A stretch of 62,810 nucleotides of DNA, taken from contig CAZSDY010000001.1 of assembly GCA_964605765.1 (NCBI GenBank), forward strand, positions 1 through 62,810, written 5' to 3'. The position numbers and the translations under genes are program-made. Positions 59,925-62,810 of the stretch are shown here, piece after piece. The notes under the pieces were generated by a model. The model saw nothing but the letters and a program-made list of their open reading frames with translations. It was not told the origin of the DNA and did not search any database. This stretch comes from an uncultured Ectothiorhodospiraceae bacterium. GTDB lineage: Bacteria; Pseudomonadota; Gammaproteobacteria; HK1. Numbering within the stretch: position 1 is the first letter of the stretch; every line of letters starts with the position of its first letter.

Positions 59925-61115
59925 TCACAGGCCGATCCTGTGGGCGCGATCGGTGAAAAAGATCCCGCTCGGACTTTCCGCCGGGAGTGACGACACTCGG
60001 CGATAGCTTCGGGTGTCGTAGACGAGCACCCGGTTGTCGTCGCGCACCGAGACCCAGACCTGTTCGCCGCGAGGCGCGAACTCCATGTGCAGCACCGCCT
60101 TGCCGGGTTTGAGAGTCCGCTCGACACGCAGACTTTCGACATCGATGACCTGGATCGTGTCGTTGAGCGGATGCGCGAAGTTGACCCACACCTTGCGTCC
60201 GTCCGGCCGGGCCATGACGAACACCGGTTGTCCGTGCACCGCGATATGCGCCCGGATGCTCCAGTCACGCCGATTCACCACCAGCACCTGGTGATGGCCG
60301 ACCGCCGGCACGAGCGCGTAGTCACCGGCTATCGCCCAGCCTTCCAGATGCGGCATCTTGTAGACCGGCAACGCCCGTTCACCGCGCCCATAGCCATCGA
60401 GAATGCGACGCACACCGCGCTCGAGATGCCACAAATCGAGCAACGCCATCCCGTCTTCGCCGAACAGCCCGGCGACGTAGTAGCGTCCGTCGGGCGTGAT
60501 CAGCCCATCATACGGGAGGCGTCCGACGTTTTCGAAGCGGCGTACCTCGGGCCGGGCCGGGTCCTGCATGTTCAGCACCCAGATCTCCCCGGCATCGTAG
60601 AGGCTGAACACGAAAAGCTGACCCGGCGCATCCACCAGTCCGACCACCTTGGAACGTTTGCCCTCGTTGCCGTAAGTCGCCGGAATCTCCGCCACCAGTC
60701 GCAGCGTGTCGGCGGCGAACACCTTGACCCCTCCGGGAACGTAGTTCGAGACCGCCACCAGCGACCCGTCCTGCGATATCGCGCCGCCGATGGCGTTGCC
60801 TCCCTGCACCACGCGGCGCGCAATGGCGCCACTCAACATATCGATCTTGGTGAGCCCACCGTCACGCCCGAACACGTAGGCATAGCGCTCGTCACGCGAA
60901 TACACCACCGTCGCGTGCGACAGATCGCCGAGCCCGTCCACCTGGGCGAGTTCCGTGCGGTGGCTGGTATCGACAATCAACACCCGCCCCGCCGTACGTT
61001 CAATGACGATCCCGAGATCACCGGTCCCGCGCAGCGTGGCACAGCCGCCAAGCACGAGGCCCGGCAGCAGCACGCCCGCGCACCAGAATCGCGAATAACG
61101 CCCGCTGTTTCTCAT
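59925..61115 (-). CDS. nirF: NirF (d1-type propeller heme d1 biosynthesis protein), lipoprotein form
   Basis: ATG at 61115 overlaps the nirC stop (ATGA). Lipobox LVLGGC. cd1-like beta-propeller without a heme-c motif. Confidence 0.85.
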   Translation of the reverse strand: MRNSGRYSRFWCAGVLLPGLVLGGCATLRGTGDLGIVIERTAGRVLIVDTSHRTELAQVDGLGDLSHATVVYSRDERYAYVFGRDGGLTKIDMLSGAIARRVVQGGNAIGGAISQDGSLVAVSNYVPGGVKVFAADTLRLVAEIPATYGNEGKRSKVVGLVDAPGQLFVFSLYDAGEIWVLNMQDPARPEVRRFENVGRLPYDGLITPDGRYYVAGLFGEDGMALLDLWHLERGVRRILDGYGRGERALPVYKMPHLEGWAIAGDYALVPAVGHHQVLVVNRRDWSIRAHIAVHGQPVFVMARPDGRKVWVNFAHPLNDTIQVIDVESLRVERTLKPGKAVLHMEFAPRGEQVWVSVRDDNRVLVYDTRSYRRVSSLPAESPSGIFFTDRAHRIGL

Positions 61116-61432
61116 CGCGGGTCCTCCGCGCCGCTCAGCATGCGTGCAACGAGCCAGCGAATCTCTTCGGTCGAGAGAAGATTCTTCCACGGTGGCATAG
61201 GGGTTCCCGGTCGTCCTTCCGCGATGATGGTCTCGACCTGGATCGCACTCTTTGCGGCGAGTGCCGCGGAGGTCAGGGCCGGACCCAGCCCGCCGGTCAG
61301 GCGGTTGCCGTGGCAAGCGCCGCAGTCCTGATGCAGCAGGTTGCTGAGTTCCGCGCGGCGCGCCGCGCTCAATCCGCTCGCGGCTGCCAGCGCCGGCAGG
61401 ACAAGCATGATGAGCCCGATCGAGCATCGCAT
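61112..61432 (-). CDS. nirC: cytochrome c55X NirC
   Basis: Signal peptide, CGACHG motif, PMPPW Met-ligand region. 106 aa. Confidence 0.85.
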   Translation of the reverse strand: MRCSIGLIMLVLPALAAASGLSAARRAELSNLLHQDCGACHGNRLTGGLGPALTSAALAAKSAIQVETIIAEGRPGTPMPPWKNLLSTEEIRWLVARMLSGAEDPR

Positions 61433-61453
61433 CGTGCTTCGACGCTCCGGCTC

Positions 61454-62287
61454 TTACCCTACGTCCTTGGCCGGCGGCGCGTCGGCCTGGGGCGAGAACC
61501 AGCTCAGTTCCTCCGCCAGCGCGACGACCTCGCCGATAACGATCAGGGCGGGGCTCGCGACCGCCGCGCTCCTCACCGTGGCGGCCAGCTCGGCGAGCGT
61601 CGTGAGTATCCGCCTTTGCGATCGCGTCGTGCCCCGCTCGATGATTGCGGCCGGGGTCGCCCCGTCGCGACCGGCGTCAAGGAGCGCGGCGCCGATCCCG
61701 TCGACTTGGGCAAGCCCCATATAGACCACCAGGGTCAGCAACGGATTGGCGAGCGAACGCCAGTCGAGGTCCAGCGGCGCGTCCGCCTGGCAGTGCCCGG
61801 TGATGAACTGGACACCCTGCGCAAAGTCGCGATGGGTCACCGGGATCCCGGCATAAGCAGTGCAGGCTATGGCCGCCGTAATGCCGGGGACGATCTCGAA
61901 AGTGATGCCGTGTCTCGCCAGGTACCGGGCTTCCTCCCCGCCGCGCCCGAAGACCAGCGGATCGCCCCCCTTGAGGCGTACCACGCCGCGGTTGGCGCGC
62001 GCCAGACGCACCAGCATCTCGTTGATTTCTTCCTGGGGCATGTGATGATGGCCGGGGCGCTTGCCGGCGAAAAACCGCGAGACCCCCTCCGGGATCAAGG
62101 CAAGGATTTCGTCCGACACCAGGCGATCATAGACCACCACATCCGCCTGCGTTAACAAACGGATGGCCTTGACCGTCAGCAAGTCCGGATCGCCAGGGCC
62201 TGCCCCGACGAGATATACGCGACCTGTTGCTTCCACGACACCCGCCCTTCGAGTTGATACCGATTCGCCGATCCCAGGCGGTAGCAT
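61454..62287 (-). CDS. nirE: uroporphyrinogen-III C-methyltransferase (NirE/CobA)
   Basis: VYLVGAGPGDPDLLTVKA ... VVRLKGGDPLVFGRGGEE SUMT motifs. First gene of the nir biosynthetic cluster. Confidence 0.9.
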   Translation of the reverse strand: MLPPGIGESVSTRRAGVVEATGRVYLVGAGPGDPDLLTVKAIRLLTQADVVVYDRLVSDEILALIPEGVSRFFAGKRPGHHHMPQEEINEMLVRLARANRGVVRLKGGDPLVFGRGGEEARYLARHGITFEIVPGITAAIACTAYAGIPVTHRDFAQGVQFITGHCQADAPLDLDWRSLANPLLTLVVYMGLAQVDGIGAALLDAGRDGATPAAIIERGTTRSQRRILTTLAELAATVRSAAVASPALIVIGEVVALAEELSWFSPQADAPPAKDVG

Positions 62288-62589
62288 AGCAAATACGGCG
62301 CGCGGACAAGTACACTGCGAAAATCGAAGTCCCCAGTTGCGCGTCCATGGTCAGTCAGGCCTCCTGGCATGGTATGCGCCGAGGGGAGGCCCGGCGTGAC
62401 GGGACCTTGTCCCGACTTTGCCCGAGCGCTTTGGTGCTCCCGGCTGCGCCGTGCGGACCTTGCATCAGGTCTACTCGAGGACTGGGGTGCGCGCATTGGC
62501 CCGCTGTGGCACGCGATGGCGCCCGGATCCAGGCTCTGGCCGGCGGCGGGATTAGCGGGACTCCCGGGGTAATGGGTCTCGCTCGGCGG

Positions 62590-62603
62590 TTGACCAAAGT
62601 CAA
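62590..62603. promoter_or_regulatory. FNR/DNR-type box TTGAC-CAAA-GTCAA in the nirE-divergent intergenic region
   Basis: Perfect half-sites. A GATTAT -10-like hexamer at 62626-62631 fits -41.5 geometry for a + strand transcript. The flanking GTCAAGGCGG is shared with the box at 47495. Confidence 0.55.
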
Positions 62604-62794
62604 GGCGGAACCGCCCGCCAATTGCGATTATTCATTTTGGGCAATCTTTGGTATGGGGTGTAGGCAGCGCGGGGTGGATTGGGACGCGAGGTGCGTGGAG
62701 TGGCGGCCGGCGGCGCCCGGCCCCCGGGTCGCGACCTGCCGATAGCATCGCGGGGTGTCTGACCCAGCAAACAGGGGGAGATCAGGAGGGGAAG

Positions 62795-62810
62795 ATGGAC
62801 ATTTCCAAGC
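62795..62810 (+). CDS. 5' end of an unidentified gene (truncated by the window edge)
   Basis: AGGAGGGG SD 5-6 nt upstream of the ATG at 62795 (MDISK...). Only 5 codons are visible. Confidence 0.4.

Overview
High-GC, densely coding chromosomal window with gammaproteobacterial (Pseudomonas/Chromatiales-like) synteny. About two thirds is core housekeeping: mutL, rlmD, rimI, a family-4 UDG, leuA, pssA plus a psd-like gene, ilvIHC, proS, hda, purMN, trmJ, suhB, sucCD, a PII gene, bamD, rluD, coaE, zapD and nagZ. Type IV pilus genes sit in two blocks: pilA with pilSR, and pilBCD. Two accessory or specialised regions stand out. (1) 22.1-31.4 kb, all on the + strand: a GtrB/ArnC/DPM1-type GT2, an ArnD-like CE4 deacetylase, a sulfotransferase, a flippase-like membrane protein and a SAM methyltransferase lie directly upstream of pilA. 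Part of this block is a clear GC trough. Directly downstream of pilA are two tandem paralogous TMTC/PMT-like GT-C membrane proteins. Together they read as a candidate polyprenol-phosphate-sugar periplasmic glycosylation system, possibly acting on the pilin. (2) 46.4-62.8 kb is a denitrification neighbourhood. It holds a cysteine-less Crp/Fnr (DNR/NnrR-type) regulator, three TTGAC-N4-GTCAA boxes and a heme d1 biosynthesis cluster (nirE-C-F-DL-G-cytc-H-J-N). It also holds an eight-gene operon for an atypical CuA heme-copper oxidase. Its subunit I keeps all six His ligands at ba3-like positions, but Gln replaces the cross-linked Tyr. That operon also encodes heme O synthase, a Sco protein, a di-heme cytochrome b / 2x[4Fe-4S] / MvhD-like fusion protein, an unknown membrane protein and a bacteriohemerythrin. 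I regard it as the best candidate for a poorly described or undescribed system (a non-canonical NO reductase with a dedicated electron module). By eye I found no rRNA, tRNA, CRISPR array, transposase or integrase. Many long ORFs in the track are antisense or out-of-frame artefacts of the high GC content. Several track ORFs begin at GTG/TTG codons upstream of better-supported starts, and I trimmed those.
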